A stretch of DNA of 64,000 nucleotides, taken from positions 1 through 64,000 of the forward strand of contig JAOPTX010000034.1 of the NCBI GenBank assembly GCA_051532055.1, written 5' to 3'. The position numbers and the translations under genes are program-made. The notes under the pieces are model-generated. The model was not told where the DNA came from, searched no databases, and saw nothing but the letters and a program-made list of their open reading frames with translations. The stretch comes from Fibrobacterales bacterium. Lineage in GTDB: Bacteria; Fibrobacterota; Fibrobacteria; Fibrobacterales; JAOPTW01. Positions 48,894-58,162 of the stretch are shown here, piece by piece (within the stretch, counting starts at the first letter, position 1; every line of letters begins with the position of its first letter).

Positions 48894-48946
48894 TTGATCA
48901 TCTTTAAATTCTATGATATATTTTAATTGACTGACTGGTTAATCAA
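48894..48946 (+). promoter_or_regulatory. promoter and probable TetR operator
   Basis: TTGATC-N17-TATATT (extended TGn), followed by the imperfect palindrome TTGACTGACTGGTTAATCAA (48927-48946). Confidence 0.6.
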
Positions 48947-48971
48947 AAATATTTTTGAAAATGAGATGAGA

Positions 48972-49565
48972 ATGGCCCCCCGCACTGAAGATCAAAATGA
49001 AGAGATACGACAACACTCACGACGCAAAATTCTTGATGCCGCATTAGAAGTCTTTGCGCAAAAGGGGTATGTAAATAGTACCATGGCTTCAATCGCAAAA
49101 CAGGCAGGCGTATCTAAAGGCCTTGCCTACAACTATTTTGAAAATAAAGAAGCCCTTCTTAAAGAGGTCTTCGAAGAGGGCTTTTCTGCTATTGAAGCAA
49201 TAATGAATGACTCTATATCCACTGACCCCCTTCAGTCGCTCATAAATGTCATTAATATTTCCTATTCCTCATTTAAAGAAAATCTCCCTTTTTGGATCCT
49301 CTACTTACAAACAACAATTCAACCTGATTCCCAGGCTATCATTTCGGAAGAAATTCAATCACGTATGCACACCGTAATGGGTAGTATTATCCAGCTTTTT
49401 ACTGCACTTGGTTCACAAGACCCAGAAACAGAAGCTTTCCTCTTTGGAGCTCACTTTGATGGAGTACTCTGTGACTATATGATGATGCCTGATGCCTACC
49501 CCATTGACAAAGTCCAGAATTTATTCATACAACGATACACCGATCTTTTTAAAGATCGCGCATAA
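48972..49565 (+). CDS. TetR/AcrR family transcriptional regulator
   Basis: ILDAALEVFAQKGY...IAKQAGVSKGLAYNYF.NKE. Start moved to ATG 48972 (MAPRTEDQ). Confidence 0.92.
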   Translation: MAPRTEDQNEEIRQHSRRKILDAALEVFAQKGYVNSTMASIAKQAGVSKGLAYNYFENKEALLKEVFEEGFSAIEAIMNDSISTDPLQSLINVINISYSSFKENLPFWILYLQTTIQPDSQAIISEEIQSRMHTVMGSIIQLFTALGSQDPETEAFLFGAHFDGVLCDYMMMPDAYPIDKVQNLFIQRYTDLFKDRA

Positions 49566-49576
49566 AAAGGAGCACC

Positions 49577-52480
49577 ATGCGCTACACCATTTATAAAAAG
49601 CTATCAGCCCTCATAGCACAGCACCCAGGTAAGATAATTCTGTCAGGAATAGTAATCACAATGATAAGTATTGTGTTAATGTCCCAAATTCAGATGAAGA
49701 CCAATTTTGCAGACATGATGCCCGACAACATTCCGCAGATCAAAGAGTACAAACAACTCATCGACAACTACGCTTCTGCATCAACTATTATGATTGCCAT
49801 TGAGAGCCCCGAAAAAGATGAGACCCTAATGAAGGCAGCTCTCCTCGAAATGGTCGGGAAATGGCAAACTATTCCATACGTAAGAAGGGATAAAGAACAG
49901 GAGCTCACCTTTAAACAAAACTGGGCCCTTGCGTCAGGCGAAACACAGGTTCCTGGTGTAAAATGGGACACCCTTAATCTTGTCAAACGTATTGACTTTG
50001 AAATGGATCATGAGTTCATTGAAGAACACGCCTTCATGTCCATGAAGAAAAAGGATTTGAAAACCGTTCTTAAAATGTACACAGACCTCTCAATTCCAGG
50101 CATGCTCACCAGTATCAATGATAATTTCGAAACAGAATATATCGATGACCAAGACAACATGGCCTCTCTTGACGGTGAAAACCAAGCAGTAAATGGCATT
50201 GATGGTGTGTTTGAATTTACGAAAAGCATCTCTACATGGATGCAAGAAGAAAACAGTAAGAAACTCGCCAATGCTGTTGATCGCATGATTATGGGTCCTC
50301 GGTATTTCTTTTCATCTGATAAAAAATTTCTCATGCTCATGATTCAACCCACCGTCAGCATGAATGAATGGGACGAGCTAATGGCACTGGGTCATGCAGT
50401 AGTTGATACTCTTGATACCACTATTAAAAAGAACTATCCGACTCTTACATTTCACCCAGCCGGTCTTGCTATCATGGCTGAATACGAAATGCAAATGCTC
50501 AAAGAGGACTTTGGATGGCCATCACTTGCAGCCCTAGCACTTATTCTCATCATACTCATTGGCTCTTTTCGCACATGGAAAAACCCATTTTACTCAGTAG
50601 TCAGTCTGGTCATAAGTATCATGTGGACTGGTGGTCTTCTCTTTCTTCTCCTCGACAACCTCAATCAAATGTCAGCAAGTTTTGGCATTATACTCATTGG
50701 ACTCGGTATTGATTTTGCCATACATTATATGTCTGGTTTTAAAGATGGAAGGGAGCAAGGCTTCTCAATTGAAGAGTCATTTTTTTACATGTATAGAAAA
50801 GTTGGCTCAGGGGTTGTCACTGGTGGACTCACCACTGCAGTGGTCTTCTTTACCCTTGCCGTCCCTCAATTTGACGCCCTAACCGAAATGGGTATCGCTG
50901 TCGGCTCTGGTATTATAGTCTGTCTCTTTGGCATTATGATACTCCTCCCCGCGATGATTGCCTGGGACCAAAAAGGATATTCACTCATTGGAAACACCTT
51001 AAGAAAAATGTCCCTCGCCGCTCTACCCAATACATGGAACAGTAGTATTGCATCACTGAAAAATGCCCAATTGACTCGCCCCTTAAGACCCATTGGAAAC
51101 TTCATGCAATTTTCTTGGATTGAAAGCCTCGGCACTGCGGTGCAAAAACCAGTAGTAACCGCTTCACTCCTTATCCTCACTGTAGTCACCCTCTACTTTT
51201 CTTATCTTGGGTTTTATTCAATTGAATTTGAATATGACATGACAAAACAGTACCCCGATGACACCCCATCGGTTGTCGCACAAAATAAAATTATTGACGC
51301 ATATGAGCTCTCACCCGATTACGCAATGTTTGCCTCTAATGACCTTGAAGAGGTACGCACTAAAACTGAAAAACTGAAAAAAATGGGAGAGCGAACCGGA
51401 CTTATTGGCCGCGTAGATGCGATCACCGAATTTATCCCCCCAATGAAAGAGCAACTCAATTATAACCGACCAAAAATTGAAGCATTCTCTAAAAAAATTA
51501 ATAGTATGAATGCAGAACCTCTTACCAAAGAAGACCTGGAAACAGTCTATACAGAGCTCAAGCGACTCCACCAAAACATTGTAGAGATGGGCGTTCTCTC
51601 GGTAATGGGTTCAGGAGAAAATAATAAAATCAAGCGTAAGGCCGATCAAATAGTGGGCAATGCTGATTCACTCAGTCTTATTCTTGGATACATTGAAGAG
51701 CTTAAACAAGAGCCTGCTGCTCTTAAGAAGCTCAATCACTATAATACGCTTCTGCATACACAGCTTAAAAATCGACTCGTAAAAATGTCAAACAGTGACA
51801 GTATTACGATTGAGACCCTACCCGAAAGCGTCTCTAAACGGTATCACCATAAAGAGAGCGGCGGAAATCTAATTACTGTTTATCCAAAAGACAATGTATG
51901 GGATGGTATTAAAATTCGTAATTTTTCTGAAAAAACTGCAAGTATCGATTCATCCATTACGGGCACCCCCATTATTAACCTCCTCTTTATCGACCTTATC
52001 TCTAAGTATGGGTCTCAAGCGCTATTGTATGGGTTTATTGCAATTATCATTTTCTTACTCATCGACTTTAAATCCATTAAATATACAATCATGGCTATCC
52101 TTCCACTTCTAGTTGGGTTCGCATGGATGGTGGGTATCATGGCACTCCTTGGAATGAAGTTTGATTATTCAAGTGTTATGGCACTCCCCCTCATTATCGG
52201 CATTGGCATTGATGACGGTGTCCACATTTTACATCGCTATAAAATAGAAGGGCGTGGAAACATTAAAACAGTGCTCCACTATACCGGTCGTGCAATTTTA
52301 CTCACCTCATTTACTACTTCAATTGGCTTTGGCTCCATGGGCCTTGCACAGCACCAAGGCATTGCCGCCATGGGTCAGACACTGTTTATTGGAGTTTGGA
52401 CCTGCTTCGTAAGCTCTGTTATTATCATGCCTGCACTCATCGCACTCGTTGAAAGGTTAACCCAAAAGAAAGGAGCATAA
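49577..52480 (+). CDS. MMPL/RND family transporter
   Basis: GLGIDFAIH and GIGIDDGVH, GLTT and SFTT..GFG, two TM bundles. AAGGAG SD. Confidence 0.9.
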   Translation: MRYTIYKKLSALIAQHPGKIILSGIVITMISIVLMSQIQMKTNFADMMPDNIPQIKEYKQLIDNYASASTIMIAIESPEKDETLMKAALLEMVGKWQTIPYVRRDKEQELTFKQNWALASGETQVPGVKWDTLNLVKRIDFEMDHEFIEEHAFMSMKKKDLKTVLKMYTDLSIPGMLTSINDNFETEYIDDQDNMASLDGENQAVNGIDGVFEFTKSISTWMQEENSKKLANAVDRMIMGPRYFFSSDKKFLMLMIQPTVSMNEWDELMALGHAVVDTLDTTIKKNYPTLTFHPAGLAIMAEYEMQMLKEDFGWPSLAALALILIILIGSFRTWKNPFYSVVSLVISIMWTGGLLFLLLDNLNQMSASFGIILIGLGIDFAIHYMSGFKDGREQGFSIEESFFYMYRKVGSGVVTGGLTTAVVFFTLAVPQFDALTEMGIAVGSGIIVCLFGIMILLPAMIAWDQKGYSLIGNTLRKMSLAALPNTWNSSIASLKNAQLTRPLRPIGNFMQFSWIESLGTAVQKPVVTASLLILTVVTLYFSYLGFYSIEFEYDMTKQYPDDTPSVVAQNKIIDAYELSPDYAMFASNDLEEVRTKTEKLKKMGERTGLIGRVDAITEFIPPMKEQLNYNRPKIEAFSKKINSMNAEPLTKEDLETVYTELKRLHQNIVEMGVLSVMGSGENNKIKRKADQIVGNADSLSLILGYIEELKQEPAALKKLNHYNTLLHTQLKNRLVKMSNSDSITIETLPESVSKRYHHKESGGNLITVYPKDNVWDGIKIRNFSEKTASIDSSITGTPIINLLFIDLISKYGSQALLYGFIAIIIFLLIDFKSIKYTIMAILPLLVGFAWMVGIMALLGMKFDYSSVMALPLIIGIGIDDGVHILHRYKIEGRGNIKTVLHYTGRAILLTSFTTSIGFGSMGLAQHQGIAAMGQTLFIGVWTCFVSSVIIMPALIALVERLTQKKGA

Positions 52481-52481
52481 T

Positions 52482-53219
52482 ATGCGCATTCTCTTTATTC
52501 TACTAATACTCGCTATCCTCCCCAGTTTTGCTCTCACTGTTGATCAGATTCTTGACAAGGTTGAGGCAAATGAAGAACCACAAAGTGCCAAAAGTGATAT
52601 GATACAAATCTCCTATCCATCAAGTGGAACTTCACGGGAATCAAAACTGATAAGTTATAGTGCAGACAAAGGCGATAAAGGTTTTATGGAATATACGAGT
52701 CCAAAATCAGTCAAAGGAATGAAAATGCTTTCTTTGAATGATGGTGATGAAATTTGGGTATACTTTCCACGCACAAACCGCAAACGGAAAATTGCTGGCT
52801 CTAGTCGTAAAGGCTCGATGAATGGATCTGATTTCTCCTATGAAGACATGAGTCAGTCTGATAAGAGAAAGGATTATACCTATAAGATTATTGGAGAAGA
52901 GAATAAGCTCAATCGAGAGTGCTGGAAAATTGAGGCCATTGCAAAAGATGCAGATGACGAGACATACAGTAAGCTAGTACAATGGGTTGATAAAGAACGA
53001 TTTATTGGACTCGTTGTCGAATTCTACGATGAAGATGGCGAGCTTTGGAAAGAGCTCACTATGAAAGGAGTGGCCAAACTTGGCAATTACTGGACTGCCT
53101 CCACCATAGAGATGAAAAATATTCAAAAAGGTTCTCGTACTGTGATAAAGACAAGTAAACAAGAATTTGATATTTCAATTCCAAAATCAATATTCACACA
53201 ACGTAATTTAGGTAAATAA
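52482..53219 (+). CDS. LolA-like outer-membrane lipoprotein-sorting protein (DUF1329-like)
   Basis: Signal peptide; SP..VKG...L, IWVYFP...RKI, GSDFSYEDM, YSKL..WVD, EFYD..GEL.K. Confidence 0.85.
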   Translation: MRILFILLILAILPSFALTVDQILDKVEANEEPQSAKSDMIQISYPSSGTSRESKLISYSADKGDKGFMEYTSPKSVKGMKMLSLNDGDEIWVYFPRTNRKRKIAGSSRKGSMNGSDFSYEDMSQSDKRKDYTYKIIGEENKLNRECWKIEAIAKDADDETYSKLVQWVDKERFIGLVVEFYDEDGELWKELTMKGVAKLGNYWTASTIEMKNIQKGSRTVIKTSKQEFDISIPKSIFTQRNLGK

Positions 53220-54475
53220 TGAGACCATTACTCCTCTTCACTTCTGTTGTGCTCTCTACATCAATAAGCTTTGCACAAAACATCGAGTTTGGTGGATACC
53301 TCAATGCAAAAATGCAGGTAATCGATTTTGTCGATACTGCATTTGTTGGGCATACTGAAACTTTTAGACTCGAAGCCAAACGTGAAATTGAATCGACCGC
53401 ATCGATCGAAGCACATCTTCTTTTTAGTAGTGCCTTTGAGGCAATCAACCCTTCTGCAAGCTTTAAAGAGGGTAGTTTTATGGCGAAGGCAAATAACGAC
53501 CTCATGGCACCTCTTCTTGGAGGTATTGCCCTCCCCTTTGATACCGCTGGAGGAGCCCTTCTCACCGATGACCCTCGCATAACCAACCTCTATTATAGTA
53601 GTTTACTCCCTAAGGATGCCGTTACCCTTGATAGAGCTGTACTCAAACTCTACTTTACACATGCCGACTTCTCTATCGGTAAACAAGTAATCTCATGGGG
53701 GACAGGCTACGCTTGGAACCCGACTGATTTTTGGAACATGAAAAGCCCTACAGACCCCGAAGCTGCCAAATTTGGCGTCACCGCACTCCGTACGGAAATC
53801 CCTATTGGTGATCTCAGCTCTATAGATCTCGTTGTAGCTCCCGGCCTGGGCTTTGATGAGGGTTCCGCAGGGGTACGTGTAAAATCAAATATTGCAGGCT
53901 TTGACTATTCACTCATGACGGCACGCCAAATGACCCCGGACAGAACCGTTTACGGGCTTCCAGCCAAATGGATCACAGGATTTGATCTTGCAGGTGATAT
54001 TTTCAATGGAATCGGTATATGGATAGAAGGCGCCTATAAGAACCGAATATTTAGTGGGCAGAGCATGTTTACTACTGACTCTGCATATGTCGATCTTGAT
54101 GCAGGCTTCAACTACACCTTTGATAATGGTATAATGGCAATGGTTGAATACTATTACAATGGACTTGGAAAGGAGAGCGCTTCAGAGTATAGCTCTGGTG
54201 ATTTCATGAATATGTTTAGTGGCGAGATGACAGGCCTTGGGCAATCATATACCCTTACATCATTCAGTTATGACTTTCTCGATTTTTACAAAGGGAGTAT
54301 CAATAGTATAATGAACATAAATGATCAATCATTCACCCTACTCCCCATGCTTAGTTACTCATGGAATAGTGATGTCACTTTATCTCTTGGAGCGAATATT
54401 TTTATTGGTGATCTTGATAGCGAATTTGGTTCATTAAAACCAACGCTCTATGGTGAAGCAAAAGGTTATTTTTAA
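53219..54475 (+). CDS. outer-membrane beta-barrel protein (DUF1302-like)
   Basis: Signal peptide; LDRA, IGKQVISWGTG..WNPTD, EYYYNG; C-terminal GYF. Confidence 0.72.
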   Translation: MRPLLLFTSVVLSTSISFAQNIEFGGYLNAKMQVIDFVDTAFVGHTETFRLEAKREIESTASIEAHLLFSSAFEAINPSASFKEGSFMAKANNDLMAPLLGGIALPFDTAGGALLTDDPRITNLYYSSLLPKDAVTLDRAVLKLYFTHADFSIGKQVISWGTGYAWNPTDFWNMKSPTDPEAAKFGVTALRTEIPIGDLSSIDLVVAPGLGFDEGSAGVRVKSNIAGFDYSLMTARQMTPDRTVYGLPAKWITGFDLAGDIFNGIGIWIEGAYKNRIFSGQSMFTTDSAYVDLDAGFNYTFDNGIMAMVEYYYNGLGKESASEYSSGDFMNMFSGEMTGLGQSYTLTSFSYDFLDFYKGSINSIMNINDQSFTLLPMLSYSWNSDVTLSLGANIFIGDLDSEFGSLKPTLYGEAKGYF

Positions 54476-54497
54476 AACCAACTTTTTTAAATTTTAC

Positions 54498-54534
54498 ATA
54501 ACAACGGTCCACTCATTGAACGGGCCGTTGTTAT
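54498..54534. terminator. bidirectional terminator between convergent genes
   Basis: ATAACAACGGTCC-N11-GGGCCGTTGTTAT (one G-U pair). Confidence 0.7.
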
Positions 54535-54553
54535 TGAATTAAAATTTTAAAAC

Positions 54554-56071
54554 TTAATCTTCAGCCTCTTCACAGAAGAGCTTCCCTTCTGCATCAGTAA
54601 GACACAGCTTAGTTCTTTTCTGTGCATACCGCACATTATCAATATAGAAAACTGGAGTGACTGGAGGTGTCCACGATTCAGAGCGATTTTTACCTTCGTC
54701 AATATACTCTCCATCAGCTATTTTTACGAAATTCACTACAATCCTCATCTCTTCAATTGATTTCTTTGTCATTAAATCACCGAAAGGAATTTCAATAGAA
54801 TACCATTTATCATCTGGCTTCATACCATAATCATTGAGCCACATTACCGCCGCCCCTGTTCCTGAAGCATTTGGCATTCCCCATTCCATTTTGAGTTGTA
54901 CATTAAAATTAGATTTAATATCGAACATTAATTTTGCATCATGCCAGTAACTCATGTCTACTAAATCGGGCAGAGTAACTTCTTCTCCAAATTGATAGAA
55001 TAACCCGCCCCAACTTGGTGTAGCTGTAATTTTAAATGCCTCATTTCCTTCTGAAGCTTCCGAACCAGTAACTGTTTCAAGTTCTACTTTCATCGGGTGC
55101 TTATCATCACTAAATACCCCCCAATCTCCTTCATACCCTGGTGACCCCGCAAACTGAGCAGAGTCAAGAGGAATACCCTCTTCTTTATATACTACAAACA
55201 TAGAATCACTAATTATCGTATCAGCCTTATTATAATCATCAGAAAGTAATACAAACTCAATAACATCCATATCCGAATCAACTTTTAGTTCACCCACATA
55301 ATTTTTGTACCCCTTTGCACGAAGCTCAATTTGACGAGTACCTCGTTGAATATTTCTGAGATTGAGTAACCCCTCATCTGTGGTTTCAATCTTTTGACCT
55401 GAGATATCACTTGCATCAGTAAGGTCATAAAATGAGACATCTTCTTCACTGAGTGGCAACGCATTAGCCCCCAATGTTTTACCAAGAATTTTAAGGGTTA
55501 TATCTCTCGTAGTAATTTCTGGTGGTTCAGGTGGATCAATACAAATACTGAAACCATCACAATCACTATCTTCACAGTCAATATCGCCATCAGCATCATT
55601 ATCGTTGTCATCATCACACTGACCTTCTGGAAGGCACACTGCAACACTTTCGCAACTTGGGTCTTCACAGTCTACTTTACCATCTTCATCATTATCTTTA
55701 TTATCAGCACAGGCTGCATTATTATCTTCTCTGTCAGTAACACATGGAAGAAAGTCACTACATGCAGAGTCATCACAATCTATGGCACCATCATTATTAT
55801 TATCAAGTCCATCATCACATATAGACTCTGGCATACAAACAGCAACAACACTACAATTTGGATCATCACAATCTGAAACGCCATTATTATCATTATCTCT
55901 TCCATCGGAGCAACGGAGGTTAGTATTTTCTCCATCAGGGTCTTCACGTTTTACTAAGGTATGATCTGAAGCCATCTCCATATTGAGATAATCGCTATTT
56001 TCAGAAATACACCCCTGAATAAAGAACACCATTATGATCGCAACGATTGCGCGAGTGATTTGAATAGCCAT
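54554..56071 (-). CDS. lipoprotein with four Cys/Asp-rich repeats, a PEGA/Ig-like domain and a C-terminal galactose-binding-like (CBM) domain
   Basis: Lipobox IQGC; CxDxxDNxxxGxxDCxDxxC four times; AKGYKNY (PEGA-like); LMFDIK...KWYSIEIPFGDL...YIDNVRY. Start at ATG 56071 after a G-run SD. Confidence 0.72.
   Translation of the reverse strand: MAIQITRAIVAIIMVFFIQGCISENSDYLNMEMASDHTLVKREDPDGENTNLRCSDGRDNDNNGVSDCDDPNCSVVAVCMPESICDDGLDNNNDGAIDCDDSACSDFLPCVTDREDNNAACADNKDNDEDGKVDCEDPSCESVAVCLPEGQCDDDNDNDADGDIDCEDSDCDGFSICIDPPEPPEITTRDITLKILGKTLGANALPLSEEDVSFYDLTDASDISGQKIETTDEGLLNLRNIQRGTRQIELRAKGYKNYVGELKVDSDMDVIEFVLLSDDYNKADTIISDSMFVVYKEEGIPLDSAQFAGSPGYEGDWGVFSDDKHPMKVELETVTGSEASEGNEAFKITATPSWGGLFYQFGEEVTLPDLVDMSYWHDAKLMFDIKSNFNVQLKMEWGMPNASGTGAAVMWLNDYGMKPDDKWYSIEIPFGDLMTKKSIEEMRIVVNFVKIADGEYIDEGKNRSESWTPPVTPVFYIDNVRYAQKRTKLCLTDAEGKLFCEEAED
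55541..55912 (-). repeat. intragenic tandem Cys/Asp repeats (4 copies, ABAB arrangement)
   Basis: CSDGRDNDNNGVSDCDDPNC, CDDGLDNNNDGAIDCDDSAC, CADNKDNDEDGKVDCEDPSC, CDDDNDNDADGDIDCEDSDC. Confidence 0.9.
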
Positions 56072-56379
56072 ACTATCCCCCCCAGGATAAAAAATCATTA
56101 TTGCCTTATCATATGTATCGAATACACTTTAGGCTGCCCGTATAAAATAGCTTTAAAGTAGGGGGTATGCAAAGTTAATTAGGAATTTACAGTTTACAAA
56201 CTGTTCACAAAAAAGGCCCCTACTGCAGTTTAAACGGCATATTTTATGGTTTCAGCAACAAAAAGCATCTATAATTCATTCGCAAAAAACCAAAAGTCAC
56301 TCCTCATTTTTCCAGAATGTATCCCATTTAATTATCTACATTTGGTACACTTATACAACTAATAACACTGACACTCTTT

Positions 56380-58074
56380 ATGTACTACCTTTTTATATTT
56401 GCCTGGATAGCCCTATTAACTCAATGTACTACTATTGAGTCATACTTCTCAAGAAGCGAACCCTGTCTCGAAACTCAAATTACCCCGACCCAATCAAAGG
56501 GAGATGGGGATATTGAGTTTAGTCATACACGAGGTTTGTATCATAGTTCATTTGATCTCTCTTTGAATAGTACTATTGAAGGCACTCTTTACTATACTCT
56601 CAATGGCGCCCTTCCGACACCTGAAAATGCAAACGTTTACACGCGCCCGATTCGAATACGAAACTCATCAAATATCCGTGCCGCAATTTACCATGATTGC
56701 GATAGGCTCTCAGACATTGTCACTCACTCTTTTATCTTCCCAAGACACGTGCTTGAACAAGATGACGACGATGCCCCTCCCCATGCACAATGGGGCAGAA
56801 AGGGCCCCGATTGGAGCATGGATAGCCGAGTGATCGACTCAGATAAACTTCCTTCAAATAAAACTGACATCCTTCTTGTTAATCCAACAGTTTCCGTCAC
56901 CATGAGCTGGGACTCCCTCTTTGGTGATAACGGAATCTATATATCAGGTGAAGGCGTAGAGCAAGAAGCTTCTATAGAATTTTTGTACCCCGATAAGCCA
57001 TCTCACAGAACCCGGGCATCAATAGAGGTCTTTGGTGGATCAAGCACGAGGCGTTGGAAAGTTGATAAGCTCTCCTTTAAGCTCACTTTCCGAAAAAAGA
57101 CGGGTTACAAAAAATTTAAACATCAACTCTTTGACGATACACCGATTAAAAAATTCAATCATATAATTTTAGATGCTGCACACAATAACACCTTTTTCTC
57201 AGTCAGTGAAAAACAACGGAGTAAAGCGAGTTATGCAAAAGACCAATTTGCGGCCGATCTTCACAATGCAATAGGTGGATACGCTCCGCATGGCTATTAC
57301 GCCCACCTCTATCTCAATGGCCTTTATTGGGGGCTTTACTATATTCATGAACGACCTGACCACCATTTTGCCCAATCCTATTTAGGTAAGAAAAGCAAAA
57401 ACTATAATGTTCTCAAGCATAAACGAAATCAACTTGTGCATGGTGATTCTGTCAGTTATATAGAACTCTGGAGAAGGGCTCAAAAAGACTTGAGTATTGA
57501 CTCTCACTACGAGAGTGTCAGTGAATTGTTAGATATACCTCAGTATATCAAATATATCCTTGTACATTTATACCTTGGCAACACAGACTGGGGAAACAAT
57601 AACTGGTATGCAACCCAACATAGAAAAGGGAAATGGATATTTCACACATGGGATGCGGAACACATAATGGAAAGCTATCTTTCCAATAGATTTAAAAAAC
57701 TTAACAATTCTGAAATAGGTTTTCACAAGCACCTCATGGCAAATAAAAGCTATCGAGTACTTTTCCAAGAAGTGGTAACAAAAGAATTTTATAACGATGG
57801 TCTATTTACTGTTGACCGCGCTAAAGCGATGTATGAGACTCGACTCAACGAAGTAGAGAGTTCTATAATCGCAGAATCAGCACGATGGGGGGACAATAAA
57901 ACACCAAAGCAACCTCAAACGAAATGGGACACTTGGGCTAAGAACCGCAGTTATGTCTTAAACCGTTGGTTCCCTAATAGAACAAAACAGGTCATTAAAC
58001 AAATTAACACTCACTTTAATGAATGGCCTCAATACCTGTTGGAGCAAGATTCTACAGCAAGTGATTCCCTCTAA
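56380..58074 (+). CDS. CotH kinase-family protein with N-terminal FN3-associated/chitobiase-like domain, probable lipoprotein
   Basis: LLTQC; FSH.RG.Y...YYTLNG..P; GGSST, KLSFKL, LYLNGLYWGLY...ERPD, NTDW..NNWY, WDAE, ESARWGD. Confidence 0.82.
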   Translation: MYYLFIFAWIALLTQCTTIESYFSRSEPCLETQITPTQSKGDGDIEFSHTRGLYHSSFDLSLNSTIEGTLYYTLNGALPTPENANVYTRPIRIRNSSNIRAAIYHDCDRLSDIVTHSFIFPRHVLEQDDDDAPPHAQWGRKGPDWSMDSRVIDSDKLPSNKTDILLVNPTVSVTMSWDSLFGDNGIYISGEGVEQEASIEFLYPDKPSHRTRASIEVFGGSSTRRWKVDKLSFKLTFRKKTGYKKFKHQLFDDTPIKKFNHIILDAAHNNTFFSVSEKQRSKASYAKDQFAADLHNAIGGYAPHGYYAHLYLNGLYWGLYYIHERPDHHFAQSYLGKKSKNYNVLKHKRNQLVHGDSVSYIELWRRAQKDLSIDSHYESVSELLDIPQYIKYILVHLYLGNTDWGNNNWYATQHRKGKWIFHTWDAEHIMESYLSNRFKKLNNSEIGFHKHLMANKSYRVLFQEVVTKEFYNDGLFTVDRAKAMYETRLNEVESSIIAESARWGDNKTPKQPQTKWDTWAKNRSYVLNRWFPNRTKQVIKQINTHFNEWPQYLLEQDSTASDSL

Positions 58075-58162
58075 GCAAGTCCTTTGAAGCTCTCTCTCTA
58101 CCCCACCGTCGCAAGTCAATTTACTACATTTTTCAATACATTAATTATCATTCTATAAACCT

